Below are positions 24,719 to 35,169 of a DNA stretch of 64,000 nt, piece after piece. The position numbers and the translations under genes were made by a program. Source of the stretch: an uncultured Candidatus Saccharibacteria bacterium (GTDB taxonomy: Bacteria > Patescibacteriota > Minisyncoccia > Phycocordibacterales > UBA2100). The DNA lies in assembly GCA_964471165.1 (NCBI GenBank), contig CAYYEX010000002.1:60965-124964 (forward strand), given 5' to 3'. Numbering within the stretch: position 1 is the first letter of the stretch; every line of letters begins with the position of its first letter. The notes under the pieces are model-generated. The model did not search any database. It had not been told where the DNA came from and saw only the letters and a program-made list of their open reading frames with translations.

Positions 24719-26614
24719 GTGCAATACTTTGACGAGCTCAACGACCGCCAAAAAGACGCCGCCGGACACCTTGCGGGTCCAATTTTAATCATCGCAGGGG
24801 CGGGGGCGGGAAAGACGAAAACAATCACCCACCGAATCGCACATTTAATTGAGACTGGGGTTCCCGCCCGACAGATTCTTGCCGTAACCTTCACCAACAA
24901 GGCCGCCGGAGAGATGCGCGAGCGAATCCGCGGACTTTTGCCCCCAGACAGGGGCATGCCAACTGTTTCTACATTCCATTCGCTCGGGGTGCGTCTTTTG
25001 CGCGAATTCCACGAGGAAGCAGATTTGCCACGTGGGTTCACTATTTGGGACCGCGACGACAGCACACGGGCCGTTAAAGTGGCACTCGAAAAGATGTCGG
25101 TTGAACAGTGGCCCCCGCGCAGTATTCTTTCGGCAATCTCGCGGGAAAAGGGCGATGGCGTGTCGCAGCGCGACTACGCTGCGAGTCCGAAAAGTTTCCG
25201 CGAGCGCACTGTTGCCCAAGTGTGGGAACACTACGAAAAGGCGCTGCGCGACGAGGGAGCACTCGATTTTGACGACCTCTTGTTCCGAACATTGCGACTC
25301 CTGCGCGAGTCCGAGCGAGTGCGCGGGCTTCTTACTAATCGATGGTCGCATATCACCATCGATGAATACCAGGACACTAACAAAGCGCAGTACGAAATCG
25401 CTCGCTTCCTTGCGGGGGAGAAGAAGAATATTTGTGTCGTCGGAGACATCGACCAAAATATTTACAGTTGGCGTGGAGCGGATATTGCGCACCTCATGGA
25501 GTTTGAGCTTACCTATCCAGGGGCAAAAGTTGTGACACTTGAACAAAACTACCGCTCCACCCGCACTATCCTCTCTGCCGCAAACGCGGTCATTGAGAAG
25601 AACAAGAACCGAAAGCCGAAAGTTTTGTACACCGATAACGCAACAGGGGAACCCATATCGCTCTACGGTGCGAAAAATGAAGTGGATGAAGCGTGGTTCG
25701 TTGCACAGTCAGCGGCGCAACTCATAGAAGCTGGAACAAAGCCGAGCGAAATTGCAGTTTTGTATCGCGAGAACTTTATGTCTCGGACTCTTGAAGAAGC
25801 AATGATTCGACACGGTGTACCGTACCGTGTGCTCGGCACACGGTTCTTCGAACGAAAAGAGGTAAAAGACATGCTTTCATATCTTCGTGCGGCGATGAAT
25901 CCGCAGAGTCGTATTGATCTTATGCGCATCGTTGGTGTTCCTCCTCGCGGCATCGGAAAAGTGACGCTTGAAAAAATGTTTGAGGGTAAGGACAGCGAGC
26001 TTTCCGGCGCAACTGCCGCAAAGGTTGCTGCATTCCGCGCACTGCTGGCAAAAATCACGCACGCAATCAACACACTGCCCGCATCCGAAACTGTTCGCTT
26101 TGCACTTGAAATCTCGGGCATGGAATCGATGTTCGGAAAGTCTGAAGAGGGGAGGGAGCGACTGGCAAACGTGCAAGAGCTCGTAAACTTTGCGACGAAG
26201 TTCGACTTTGAATTGCCCATCGAAGGCATGGAAAAAATGCTCGAGGAAGCTGCCCTGCAGAGCGACCAGGATGAATTAGAAGAAAAACAGGAGCAGGTTT
26301 CGCTCATGACGGTGCATGCATCAAAGGGACTAGAATTTGATGCTGTTTTTATAACCGGACTCGAACAAGGGCTCTTTCCCGCTATCCGTCAGAACGACGT
26401 CGGGCGCGATGAAGAAGAGGAGCGTCGACTGTTTTACGTGGCTCTCACGAGAGCACGAAACCGCCTCTTTCTCTCGTATGCGAGTGAGCGGATGAAATAC
26501 GGCTCACGCGAATACGCAATTGCCTCCGAGTTCATCGACGACATCGACGCTCGCCTCCTTGCTCCCGTCACACGAAAACGCTCGCTTCTCGACGATGAAG
26601 ATGTTATTCGTTAA
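24719..26614 (+). CDS. UvrD/PcrA/Rep-family superfamily-1 DNA helicase (short, 631 aa)
   Basis: ILIIAGAGAGKTKTITHRIAHLI Walker A; TFTNKAAGEMRER; VDEYQDTN; C-terminal VALTRARNRLFLSY. Confidence 0.8.
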   Translation: MQYFDELNDRQKDAAGHLAGPILIIAGAGAGKTKTITHRIAHLIETGVPARQILAVTFTNKAAGEMRERIRGLLPPDRGMPTVSTFHSLGVRLLREFHEEADLPRGFTIWDRDDSTRAVKVALEKMSVEQWPPRSILSAISREKGDGVSQRDYAASPKSFRERTVAQVWEHYEKALRDEGALDFDDLLFRTLRLLRESERVRGLLTNRWSHITIDEYQDTNKAQYEIARFLAGEKKNICVVGDIDQNIYSWRGADIAHLMEFELTYPGAKVVTLEQNYRSTRTILSAANAVIEKNKNRKPKVLYTDNATGEPISLYGAKNEVDEAWFVAQSAAQLIEAGTKPSEIAVLYRENFMSRTLEEAMIRHGVPYRVLGTRFFERKEVKDMLSYLRAAMNPQSRIDLMRIVGVPPRGIGKVTLEKMFEGKDSELSGATAAKVAAFRALLAKITHAINTLPASETVRFALEISGMESMFGKSEEGRERLANVQELVNFATKFDFELPIEGMEKMLEEAALQSDQDELEEKQEQVSLMTVHASKGLEFDAVFITGLEQGLFPAIRQNDVGRDEEEERRLFYVALTRARNRLFLSYASERMKYGSREYAIASEFIDDIDARLLAPVTRKRSLLDDEDVIR

Positions 26615-26617
26615 GGC

Positions 26618-27499
26618 ATGAGCCGCACCGGAGCCAAATTAGGCCAGCACTTCCTCATTCATTCGTGGGCAGCACGAGCGCTCGCGCACGCTGTGCCGTT
26701 GCGTGAAGGGGAGCGATATCTTGAGATTGGTCCTGGAAAGGGAATCCTCACCCGTGAACTACTTACTCTGGGGCCCGTTGTGGCGGTTGAGAAGGACCCT
26801 GAACTCGTGGTGCGCCTACGCGAGACATTTGCCGAGGAAATTGGCACCGGCAAGTTCAGACTCCTCGAAGGGGACGTCCGCGACGTCGTAGTCGAGCCTG
26901 AGAAAACGACGCCGGATGCGAGCCGCGGAGAAAGCGACACACGAGTCGTATCTAGACATACGGCGAGTGTGACGCTGAGGCTCGCGAGCGGAGCAGACGG
27001 TGTTGTTTTGTCTGGCGAATATGTGGTCGCTGCAAATATTCCGTATTACATCACCGGAGAAATTATTCGACAGTTTTTGACAGCTGCACGTCAGCCACGC
27101 GCACTCGCGCTCCTTGTGCAGAAAGAAGTTGCACAACGAGTGACGAGTAAGAAGGAAAGCATTCTTTCACTCTCTGTGAAAGCGTACGGCAAGGCACACA
27201 TCGCTGAAAAAGTCTCAAAGAAACATTTCTCCCCTCCGCCAAAAGTGGATTCGGCCATTCTCGTAATCGAAGACGTTACAAAAGATTTCTTCAACACGAT
27301 TTCGGAGAATGACTTCTTTCGTGTTGTGCATGCAGGGTTTGCATCAAAGCGAAAGTTTGTGTCAAACAATCTCGCCGTTGTATTTGGAAAAGAAAAAACC
27401 CTCGCTGCACTTGCACTCTCCGGCATTCCGGAAAAAGCACGCGCGGAAAATATTGGGGTAGAGCAGTGGAAGGCAATCACGAGGGCGCTTGTTGGGTGA
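26618..27499 (+). CDS. rsmA: 16S rRNA (adenine1518/1519-N6)-dimethyltransferase
   Basis: LGQHFL...YLEIGPGKGILTREL SAM-binding motif; NIPY motif (ANIPYYIT). Confidence 0.8.
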   Translation: MSRTGAKLGQHFLIHSWAARALAHAVPLREGERYLEIGPGKGILTRELLTLGPVVAVEKDPELVVRLRETFAEEIGTGKFRLLEGDVRDVVVEPEKTTPDASRGESDTRVVSRHTASVTLRLASGADGVVLSGEYVVAANIPYYITGEIIRQFLTAARQPRALALLVQKEVAQRVTSKKESILSLSVKAYGKAHIAEKVSKKHFSPPPKVDSAILVIEDVTKDFFNTISENDFFRVVHAGFASKRKFVSNNLAVVFGKEKTLAALALSGIPEKARAENIGVEQWKAITRALVG

Positions 27500-27622
27500 G
27501 TGGGTGACTTTTTTATTGGCTCGGTCACAGATATTTTTATTGCCGTCGCAATAAAAATTCTCTGACCACGCCTCGCGGTCCCGCAAGCTTGCGGGACATC
27601 GCTCCGGCCGAGTAGTCTAAAG

Positions 27623-27649
27623 AAAAAGGATGCGCAGGCATCCTTTTTC
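27623..27649. terminator. bidirectional intrinsic terminator AAAAAGGATGC-gcag-GCATCCTTTTT
   Basis: perfect hairpin flanked by A-run and T-run between convergent genes. Confidence 0.75.
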
Positions 27650-27989
27650 ATTGACTACTCCCCATCATCGTAATGGAGATTCCAGCGTAGACGATAATCG
27701 GTACGATAGAGACGAGGCAGTAGTATGGAGCACCATACAGGCCCAGTAGGTATTGTCCGGTATGCGCCGGTGGACCGAATGGATACGTTACGGTTGACGG
27801 CGTCCAGATGTAAATACCACCCACCGGCGGGCCGACCGTGGTCCAAATCGCCTGGTTGTAGCAGAAAATAATCTGCGTAATAGGGCCGCCGAACGGATTC
27901 GTTTGCGCAACGGCAGCGGTCGGTGCCAAAAGAAGGAGTACACCCGCGAGCATTCCTGCGATTGTGCGCATACGTACAGTATACGACAT
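27648..27989 (-). CDS. small exported protein, VirB2/TrbC-pilin-like candidate
   Basis: signal peptide MSYTVRMRTIAGMLAGVLLLLAPTAAVAQ then about 85 aa with two hydrophobic segments and two Cys; start uncertain (27989 or 27971). Confidence 0.4.
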   Translation of the reverse strand: MSYTVRMRTIAGMLAGVLLLLAPTAAVAQTNPFGGPITQIIFCYNQAIWTTVGPPVGGIYIWTPSTVTYPFGPPAHTGQYLLGLYGAPYYCLVSIVPIIVYAGISITMMGSSQ

Positions 27990-28020
27990 TGATGGACACG
28001 GGTGCGTTATACTTTGAATA

Positions 28021-28890
28021 ATGAAGCACCCGGTGTTCCTGACGCTTTCCGTCGCGGTCATCTTTGTACTCGTTGGCTTGTATTTTATTGAACGTCAGCG
28101 TGCCGTCACCCCGAATGGAGCAAGTGCATCGTGGGAAACTGTCGGGGGATACATCGAGCCCACCGACTCGATTTCTGAGCAACCAACACAAGCACAACCG
28201 CTAGTTGAGACCGATAATAACCCGGAGACTCTCGTGATTCCTGTCGCAACAACATCGGCGACAAAGAAGCCCGCAAACGCGCCTGCAAAAGATGATGGTG
28301 TGTTTGACTACAACGCAATGCTCGCACAACTGCAGCATGAAACTACGTCGAACGCTTCTGCACAGGCAGATAAAACATTTGAAAAATTGATGGGTGCCTT
28401 TTCGTTCGCCCCTGCTATCGCAGCCCCGGCACAAAAAGTGAAGACGCCCGAGCAACAGGCTCTCTATATATACGGCAACGAAATCGGCTCGCGAATTAAG
28501 GGTTTCGCCGCCGTGAACCCAAATATGGCTCAAACACTCACTAATCAGATTAACCACCGCACCGAACCCTCCGCTGGAGTCCCCGTACGTAACCTTGGCA
28601 CCCGCTATATTGCGCTCGGAGAGAGTATTCTTGCAATCCAAAATGTTCCGCCCTCGGTCGAATCTGCCCACCATACGCTCGGAGAATCCTATCTTCATCT
28701 TGGTGAGGCGCTCAGCCGCATACCTGATGCAACCGAAGACCAGGCATTTATTGCTGCTATTACCACATACAACAACAAGGCCGACTCATACACGCGAGCG
28801 TTCGTCGGCATGGTTACACTGTTTTCAGCACTCAATGTCACATTCGAAGAAACTGACCCTGGTTCCGTTTTTAGCTTCCGTCATAACTGA
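28021..28890 (+). CDS. hypothetical membrane-anchored protein (paralog of the next gene)
   Basis: N-terminal TM; C-terminal motif ...ITTYNNKADSYTRAF... matched by ...LLRTYNEKEQGIYDSF... in 28926-29783. Confidence 0.5.
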   Translation: MKHPVFLTLSVAVIFVLVGLYFIERQRAVTPNGASASWETVGGYIEPTDSISEQPTQAQPLVETDNNPETLVIPVATTSATKKPANAPAKDDGVFDYNAMLAQLQHETTSNASAQADKTFEKLMGAFSFAPAIAAPAQKVKTPEQQALYIYGNEIGSRIKGFAAVNPNMAQTLTNQINHRTEPSAGVPVRNLGTRYIALGESILAIQNVPPSVESAHHTLGESYLHLGEALSRIPDATEDQAFIAAITTYNNKADSYTRAFVGMVTLFSALNVTFEETDPGSVFSFRHN

Positions 28891-28925
28891 CAGATATCCC
28901 ATTTTTTCCCGAGATTGAGCCACGA

Positions 28926-29783
28926 TTGCACAAATCGCCGAGGTATACTTTTAGTGTGCAGAAATTACGCGCGATACTCGGCGGCTCTTCTCCTATTGCG
29001 ATGACCGCTCTCGTTTCCGTTCTCGTGCTTGGCGGTGTTACGACGGCGCGCGTTGTAGCAACCATACGCCCCCCAGTTTCACCCCCTGTTGTTGCGGCCG
29101 CAGTGGTAGATACCACGAATGCCGATGAGAGTGCAGATTGGCAGCAGCAAATGCTGCTCCTTGGCCAGACGACCGAGACCGACGCGAGTGCAGCGACATC
29201 GACCGACCATCTCGCGCTCATCGGACCGATGGTAATGGGCGAGATTTTTGGCACCTATGACTCAATCCGTGCAAGTGGTAACTACACACAAACAGATTTG
29301 CGCGCAGCAGCAGAAAAAATTGGCTCGTATATGAAAGCAGCAGTGGCCTACGAAGCGTTCGAGATTACAGACTTTGCAACAGATGCTGATGCCTCAAGTG
29401 AGCGTGTGCGCACATACCGCGCAGAATTGCAATCGGCGCTCGAGCCACTCGCCTCTATTCCTGGAGCTGAATATGAAATCTATGGACGCTATGTGGAAAC
29501 AAGCGATTCTAAATACCTTGAGCAACTGAGAGATGCTGCAAACAAGTACCGCTCAAGTGCGGCGAGTGCCTCCTTGCTCACCGTCCCCCGCGATGCGGTC
29601 AATTATCACAGAGACTTGCTAAACTCGCTGCGCGCATTCGCCTCCGTTCTCGACGGTCTCGCCGGTCACGCCGACGACCCGTATGCATCAATTGCACTGC
29701 TGCGCACATACAACGAAAAAGAGCAGGGTATTTACGACTCGTTCAACCGCATGCGTTCCTACTACGCGAAAAAAGAGCTATGA
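28926..29783 (+). CDS. hypothetical membrane-anchored protein (paralog of the previous gene)
   Basis: N-terminal TM; shared C-terminal motif with 28021-28890. Confidence 0.5.
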   Translation: MHKSPRYTFSVQKLRAILGGSSPIAMTALVSVLVLGGVTTARVVATIRPPVSPPVVAAAVVDTTNADESADWQQQMLLLGQTTETDASAATSTDHLALIGPMVMGEIFGTYDSIRASGNYTQTDLRAAAEKIGSYMKAAVAYEAFEITDFATDADASSERVRTYRAELQSALEPLASIPGAEYEIYGRYVETSDSKYLEQLRDAANKYRSSAASASLLTVPRDAVNYHRDLLNSLRAFASVLDGLAGHADDPYASIALLRTYNEKEQGIYDSFNRMRSYYAKKEL

Positions 29784-31342
29784 AAAAGAAATTTCTCATA
29801 GCAATCACTATTCTGTGCACCGGGCTCTCACCGATAGTAGCTTTTTCAGCGGCTGACGACGTTTTTACGTGCAGCAAAAATGGACAGGCGACGGGAAGTG
29901 CTGGCTCTCAAGTTCCACTTGGTGGTCCGTACGTCCCCGTTGCCGACTATGCAGTAGAGCTCAACACCGGGTTACTGGTTTACAAAGAATGCGTACTGCG
30001 TGTGCTAGCGACCACTAAACGAAAAGCAGCTCTCGCAAGTGTCGACAACCAAACACTGACCCGATTCAACGCATATCCATCACGCGAGCTTGGAAAGGAA
30101 GAGGTGCAATTGAGCGATAAGACCGTCCTGCGGTATCTCAAAAATGACAGCCTTTCGAACTTTAGTCCTACCGTGCAAGGGAAAGTAAAACAAGCAATTG
30201 CTCGTGGCTACAGTGCCTCGCGCGATCCTCGGACGGCATTTATTTGTGAATACACGGGTGACCTCAACGCTGTGTATAGTGGTGTTCCGATTGGAAATTA
30301 CTGGGACGGATTTAATGCAGTCGCCGATGACCCTGCATGCAGCGTCCTCTCCGCATCAGACTTAGGCTACGGCGCGGTCATTGGGCAGGGTCAATACGAA
30401 GTCTATAAAAACATGCAGCGTTACAACGCCGGGCAAGGTGTATACGACGTCTGGCACGAAGATGAGAACGGTTTCCATATTACAGATACACCTGGGCAAG
30501 TTGTACTTCAACAGGGGATTCAGTCGGTGCAGTCCTCGTATAAACAGGCACAAGAAGCCGACGACATTGGAGAGATGGTCGACGGACTCTACCTTGGTGT
30601 TACCAACCAGGTACTCACACCAGGAACTTCCGGAACATCGGGTGGCCTTTCCGCTATTACACAGGCACTCGGTGGAGCACTCTCATACATGGCACAGGTT
30701 GCGCAAGGTGCGGGCACAGCCTACACAGAAGCAAATGCAAACGTCACGGTCGGTATTCTGCAGGGTGCGCTTGCACTTGAGCAGCAGTACAACGCGGTTA
30801 TGTCTTCGACCGCATCTATGTTCACACAAACAAATGCGTCGCTTCGTACAAAAGAAGCACAATGCTTCACGTCGATTGCTGGGGCAATCTGTCAGTCGGG
30901 AACTATTTCTGGCTCTACATGCACGGGAGTATCAGGCGGCACGCTTACCATCGCCACCTCCACTGCATTCTCGCAAAAGGTAATCGATGCGAACGTGCGC
31001 ACTCTCGCCACTGCAACGGTTACAAACCTCAACGCCTCGAATCAAATCATTACCCGTCTAAACGCAATGATTACGGCGCTGCGCGCGAACCCTACAGAAG
31101 CAGCACAAACTGCGGCGCTCGCGCAACTAGCTGCGCTCAACCCACATAATGCACAACAAAAGAACGATGCACAGACGAACCAGCAAGCACTCACGCAAAG
31201 TATGACCACGCTTCTCTCAACGACATTCGATGGTTGGGCTGCAGCCGAGCCTGTTGGGTGGTGCAACATCGAAGTTCAATCGAACAAAGATGCCTGGACC
31301 TCGTGCTGGAGCGGAAACGCTGCCGCATGTCCAACGCCTTAA
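29780..31342 (+). CDS. large secreted Cys-containing hypothetical protein
   Basis: signal peptide MKKKFLIAITILCTGLSPIVAFSA; 520 aa; about 14 Cys; Gln/Thr/Ala-rich C-terminal half. Confidence 0.5.
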   Translation: MKKKFLIAITILCTGLSPIVAFSAADDVFTCSKNGQATGSAGSQVPLGGPYVPVADYAVELNTGLLVYKECVLRVLATTKRKAALASVDNQTLTRFNAYPSRELGKEEVQLSDKTVLRYLKNDSLSNFSPTVQGKVKQAIARGYSASRDPRTAFICEYTGDLNAVYSGVPIGNYWDGFNAVADDPACSVLSASDLGYGAVIGQGQYEVYKNMQRYNAGQGVYDVWHEDENGFHITDTPGQVVLQQGIQSVQSSYKQAQEADDIGEMVDGLYLGVTNQVLTPGTSGTSGGLSAITQALGGALSYMAQVAQGAGTAYTEANANVTVGILQGALALEQQYNAVMSSTASMFTQTNASLRTKEAQCFTSIAGAICQSGTISGSTCTGVSGGTLTIATSTAFSQKVIDANVRTLATATVTNLNASNQIITRLNAMITALRANPTEAAQTAALAQLAALNPHNAQQKNDAQTNQQALTQSMTTLLSTTFDGWAAAEPVGWCNIEVQSNKDAWTSCWSGNAAACPTP

Positions 31343-31346
31343 CAAT

Positions 31347-33929
31347 ATGACTATTTCTCTCTCACGAATCCAAAGTTTCTGCATCGCACTCCTCCTGGGA
31401 CTCGTGCTTATGCTCGGCAGTGCCTCGATTGCAAGTGCCCAAGCAAAGCACATGTCGGGGCAGGACTACCTCAACAAAGTGAATGAGCAGCTCGTCGCTG
31501 CGGGCAGACCGACTATGCAGGGTAGCAGTGCGACAGCGCTGGTGGGAATTATCAATAGCATGGGTGACACCGAGTTTGGGTATCTACAGAGAGCTAACGA
31601 CACTCGTACCGCAAATGGCGCAACATGGCTCACGACTGGTGGAGATATTACAAGGGTCACCGCAGACGCCACTCTCGACCCGGAAACAGGGGTGGTGGAC
31701 CCCACAAAACTCGAAAAAGTCGCAGCCGAAAACGCCATCCAAAAGCCTGCGGGCTGCTCGATATTAAAGTGGAACTTTGAGGACTGTATCGCCGGCCCTA
31801 TCGCACGCTTCGCAAGTCGCATGATGCTCTCGCTCGGTGGAAACATTCTGCGCCTTTCGGGGTCTATCTTCGACTTCGGCGTGAATCACGTCATTATCGA
31901 TTTCAAGGCAACGCTGAGCGGCCCATTGATGACCATCATCGATGGGGGGTGGACATTCTTCCGCGATATCGCAAATATTTTTATAATCGGCATCTTCACG
32001 TTCATTGCAATCAGCCTCATTCTCGGACTCAAAGAGTACGGGCAAAAGAAGCTTGTTGCTCGCGTGCTCATTATTGCGGTGTTAATGAACTTCAGTCTTT
32101 TGTTTACGAAAATCATCATTGATTCATCGAATTTTATTGCCTACGCCATCTATAGTCAGACAGCAGGAGCAGGTGCCCCCACATTCAGTATTGCGGATAA
32201 AGTGCTCTCTCCGCTCCACGTAACAGGTGTGTGGGATACCTCTGCGCTCGCTCAGCAAGTGTACGGTCAGGAAAACAGCGGGGGAGCGCTTAAGGCCTTC
32301 GGGTTCGGACTCTTTGGATTCATTATATTAGTCCTCTTGGCCGCTGTTATTTTCTACGGCGCGTTTCTCATCATTGCGCGGGCCATCATGTTCGTGGTGC
32401 TCATGCTCACCGCTCCGATTGCATACGCCACCTATCTTGCACCGAACTTCGAAGCGAGTGAGTTCGGGTGGAGCAACTGGTGGAAGTCACTCATCAACAA
32501 CGCCGCCTTCGCGCCACTACTCATGATATTTCTTTCGATTGCGATTCTTATCATGCAAACTGCCTCCACTTCGGTCAATCCGGCCGACACACTGGGCGCT
32601 CTCGGCACCGACCCGACTAAACAGGTGCTCGCCGACGGCTGGAAGGTGCTCTTCGTCTACATTCTTGGCACAGGTCTCCTGTTCATCTCGTTCCGTCTCT
32701 CAAGCTCGCTCGCAGGTTCAATTAGCGGCATAAAAGTAGGTCAAATGATTGCTGGAGTACCACTCGCTCTTGGTACCCGCGGTGCGGCGCGCCTCGCTCA
32801 GCTTTCGGCGGGCCGTGCGTCCCAAGCGCTTGCGAACAACGCGGACGATCGTATGAAAAAGGCGCGCTTGCATGCAATTGCAACGCAGGACCAAAAAGAT
32901 TGGGACAAGGTGGAGCGCATCCGCAAGCAAAAAGCTGCATTCGACAAGGGTGCACAGAGCAGCTTCAACCCGCTTAATACCGCACTTGGAAAAGCGCTCG
33001 CAGGAAGTGCCGGTCTCAAGGGCGTCCTCGCGGGAGAGAAGAAAGGCAGCTTTGCTGGTTCGATGGAAGACCGTGCTAAGGCAGCGGAGGCAAAGGCAAA
33101 GGCAATGCAGCTCACCGAAGCGGACAAGAAAGAAATGCGCAAACAGGCTTCAGAGGAAATCCAGGCGGCAAACAATACGAAACTCGATGAGGCAGCAAAG
33201 AACCTCGAGACCGCAAAACTCGAACTTGAAAAGGCAAAGACCGAGCAGGCCGCTTCGCAAAACCCTGAACTCGTCCGTGAGGTTGAGGAGGCAGTTACAA
33301 AGAACGCAATTGCACGTGCCCCAGATATGGATAAGGCACAAACCGAAGTCCATGTCATTGAACAAAGAAAGAGCGAAATCGTTGGCGGTCACGACAGTGC
33401 AATTAACGAAATGGTGAAAAAGACGGAGGAACTCTCGGGTCAAGCACGCGAGAATCATGTACGCCAACTCGAGGCCCGCCGCGCTGAGCGACAAACCGCA
33501 ATCAAACAACAAGACGCCCATATCGCTGACGCTCGAGAGCGAATCACCACACTCAAAAAAGAAATCGAGGCTCCACGTACGGAACTGCTTAAGCGTCAGG
33601 AAAAAGCGGCCCGTGAACTTGCAGAGCGTAATGCAGGAGTTCAATCAGCAGAAGGAACCCTTGCAACTGCCAAGACAAAGGCGGAGGCCGTTCCGAACGC
33701 AGCCGAGGTACAAAAGCTTGGAAACGCTAAGATAAAAACGGCGGAAGAGGCAGTTGCAGGGGGAGTACAGGGCCTTTCGAGGAAGGAGGCCGGTATCCTC
33801 GGTGGGCATGCAGGAGAACACGTGATTCAACATCACATGGACGCAACGTTCAAAAAGAAGACCGGGGCGGAGAGTATCGCAGAGGCGGTGAAGGGCATCC
33901 AGGCAGCGGCAAAGAAAGAGGAGTCGTAG
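31347..33929 (+). CDS. VirB6/TrbL-like polytopic membrane protein with long C-terminal K/E/A-rich coiled-coil tail
   Basis: signal peptide; about 250-aa extracytoplasmic region; at least 6 TM helices (FIIGIFTFIAISLILGL, LIIAVLMNFSLLF, FGLFGFIILVLLAAVIFYGAFLIIARAIMFVVLMLTAPIAY ...); about 400-aa charged C-terminus; start placed at ATG 31347 rather than the overlapping 31230. Confidence 0.4.
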   Translation: MTISLSRIQSFCIALLLGLVLMLGSASIASAQAKHMSGQDYLNKVNEQLVAAGRPTMQGSSATALVGIINSMGDTEFGYLQRANDTRTANGATWLTTGGDITRVTADATLDPETGVVDPTKLEKVAAENAIQKPAGCSILKWNFEDCIAGPIARFASRMMLSLGGNILRLSGSIFDFGVNHVIIDFKATLSGPLMTIIDGGWTFFRDIANIFIIGIFTFIAISLILGLKEYGQKKLVARVLIIAVLMNFSLLFTKIIIDSSNFIAYAIYSQTAGAGAPTFSIADKVLSPLHVTGVWDTSALAQQVYGQENSGGALKAFGFGLFGFIILVLLAAVIFYGAFLIIARAIMFVVLMLTAPIAYATYLAPNFEASEFGWSNWWKSLINNAAFAPLLMIFLSIAILIMQTASTSVNPADTLGALGTDPTKQVLADGWKVLFVYILGTGLLFISFRLSSSLAGSISGIKVGQMIAGVPLALGTRGAARLAQLSAGRASQALANNADDRMKKARLHAIATQDQKDWDKVERIRKQKAAFDKGAQSSFNPLNTALGKALAGSAGLKGVLAGEKKGSFAGSMEDRAKAAEAKAKAMQLTEADKKEMRKQASEEIQAANNTKLDEAAKNLETAKLELEKAKTEQAASQNPELVREVEEAVTKNAIARAPDMDKAQTEVHVIEQRKSEIVGGHDSAINEMVKKTEELSGQARENHVRQLEARRAERQTAIKQQDAHIADARERITTLKKEIEAPRTELLKRQEKAARELAERNAGVQSAEGTLATAKTKAEAVPNAAEVQKLGNAKIKTAEEAVAGGVQGLSRKEAGILGGHAGEHVIQHHMDATFKKKTGAESIAEAVKGIQAAAKKEES

Positions 33930-33941
33930 CACAATCACTCT

Positions 33942-34532
33942 ATGGAACCAGACACAAACAACATCGACTTGAATAAGGCGCTCGCAGAACGTTTTGGAAC
34001 GCTACCGAAAGTCGTTCAAGACGCGATTACATCGGCCGACGTGCAAAAACACATGCGCGACCTGGCAGAAAGTAACAAACTCCATGTCGATCAGTACCAG
34101 TTACTCGAAAACAACGTCATGCTCACGCTGCTCGGTTTCCAGCAGGTTGCAGAGCTCACGTCTCACCTCCAAAAAGACCTCGGTGTAACAGAGGAGGTGG
34201 CAATTCAGCTCGCCTCCTCTGTTTCCGAAATCGTGTTTAGTCCGATTCGGGGGGAAATGGAGCGCGCACTAAGCCATCCGAGCGCTGTGCAAGAAGCAAT
34301 TTCGGATGTTGAGGCTGTGCGTGCGCAGGAAATTGACGCTGCTGCCACACCCGCTGCTCCCGAGTCCACACCAACAACTCCTGCTGCAGCAACTCCCGTC
34401 CTACCTGCAACTCCACCCGCACCTGCCCCAGAAGAAAAGTCAGTTCGTGCACAAATTGCGCCGACGTACGCCACAACCGCAAGCCACGAACGCAAAACAA
34501 TTACCGGGGACCCCTATCGCGAGCAACTGTAA
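33942..34532 (+). CDS. hypothetical protein with Pro/Ala/Thr-rich C-terminus
   Basis: 196-aa ORF in the cluster operon; no motif recognised. Confidence 0.4.
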   Translation: MEPDTNNIDLNKALAERFGTLPKVVQDAITSADVQKHMRDLAESNKLHVDQYQLLENNVMLTLLGFQQVAELTSHLQKDLGVTEEVAIQLASSVSEIVFSPIRGEMERALSHPSAVQEAISDVEAVRAQEIDAAATPAAPESTPTTPAAATPVLPATPPAPAPEEKSVRAQIAPTYATTASHERKTITGDPYREQL

Positions 34533-34658
34533 AGCACTCGAACATCGGATTGCCAAGAAAATCGACGAGCTCTTAGAGAATCCCGCCACAATTCTATAAA
34601 CATATTGGAGTCGTTTGACACGTCGGTCTGTATATCTCACGGGGTATACTGATACTGC

Positions 34659-35165
34659 ATGCAGTTCCAAGTACCTCAATTCATTGAGGTCGAAGATAAG
34701 ATCTTCGGACCGTTCACATTCAAACAGTTCGTCTATATTGCTGGCGGACTTGGTCTCTCATACCTTGTATGGCGATTATTGCCTCATTTAATCGCGGCAC
34801 CGCTCCTTATCGGGGTAATGGGGTTTGCGGTTGCGCTCGCGTTTATGCAATACAATGGCCGCCCCTTCATGATTGCGCTTGAAACATCTTTTTTCTATCT
34901 CGTTCATACAAAACTCTATCTTTGGAACAACAAGACAAAAAAGCGCATGAACGATTCGCGACAAAACCCCACACTACCCCAGGAAAACCTGTATGTTCCG
35001 AAACTCTCGGATAGTCGCCTACACGAACTTGCCTGGAGCCTCGACATTAAGGAGCGAATTGCTGCAGGGGTTGGCAACGAACGAGACCGTTCCGTTGTAG
35101 ACAGGCAGGAAGCGACGCTTGGTATCCGCACGCCACGCGAGGCACTGAAATCGCTCACACAATAA
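34659..35165 (+). CDS. small membrane protein, VirB3/PrgI-like candidate
   Basis: 168 aa; TM hairpin FVYIAGGLGLSYLVWRLLPHLIAAPLLIGVMGFAVALAF; positioned directly upstream of the VirB4 gene as VirB3 homologues are. Confidence 0.35.
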   Translation: MQFQVPQFIEVEDKIFGPFTFKQFVYIAGGLGLSYLVWRLLPHLIAAPLLIGVMGFAVALAFMQYNGRPFMIALETSFFYLVHTKLYLWNNKTKKRMNDSRQNPTLPQENLYVPKLSDSRLHELAWSLDIKERIAAGVGNERDRSVVDRQEATLGIRTPREALKSLTQ

Positions 35166-35169
35166 TTAT

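Noticed and set aside
31230-31346. Upstream start for the VirB6-like gene overlapping the preceding gene by 113 nt
   Set aside because: The signal peptide begins at the ATG at 31347 (MTISLSRIQSFCIALLLGLVLMLG); the extension encodes a non-native-looking peptide.
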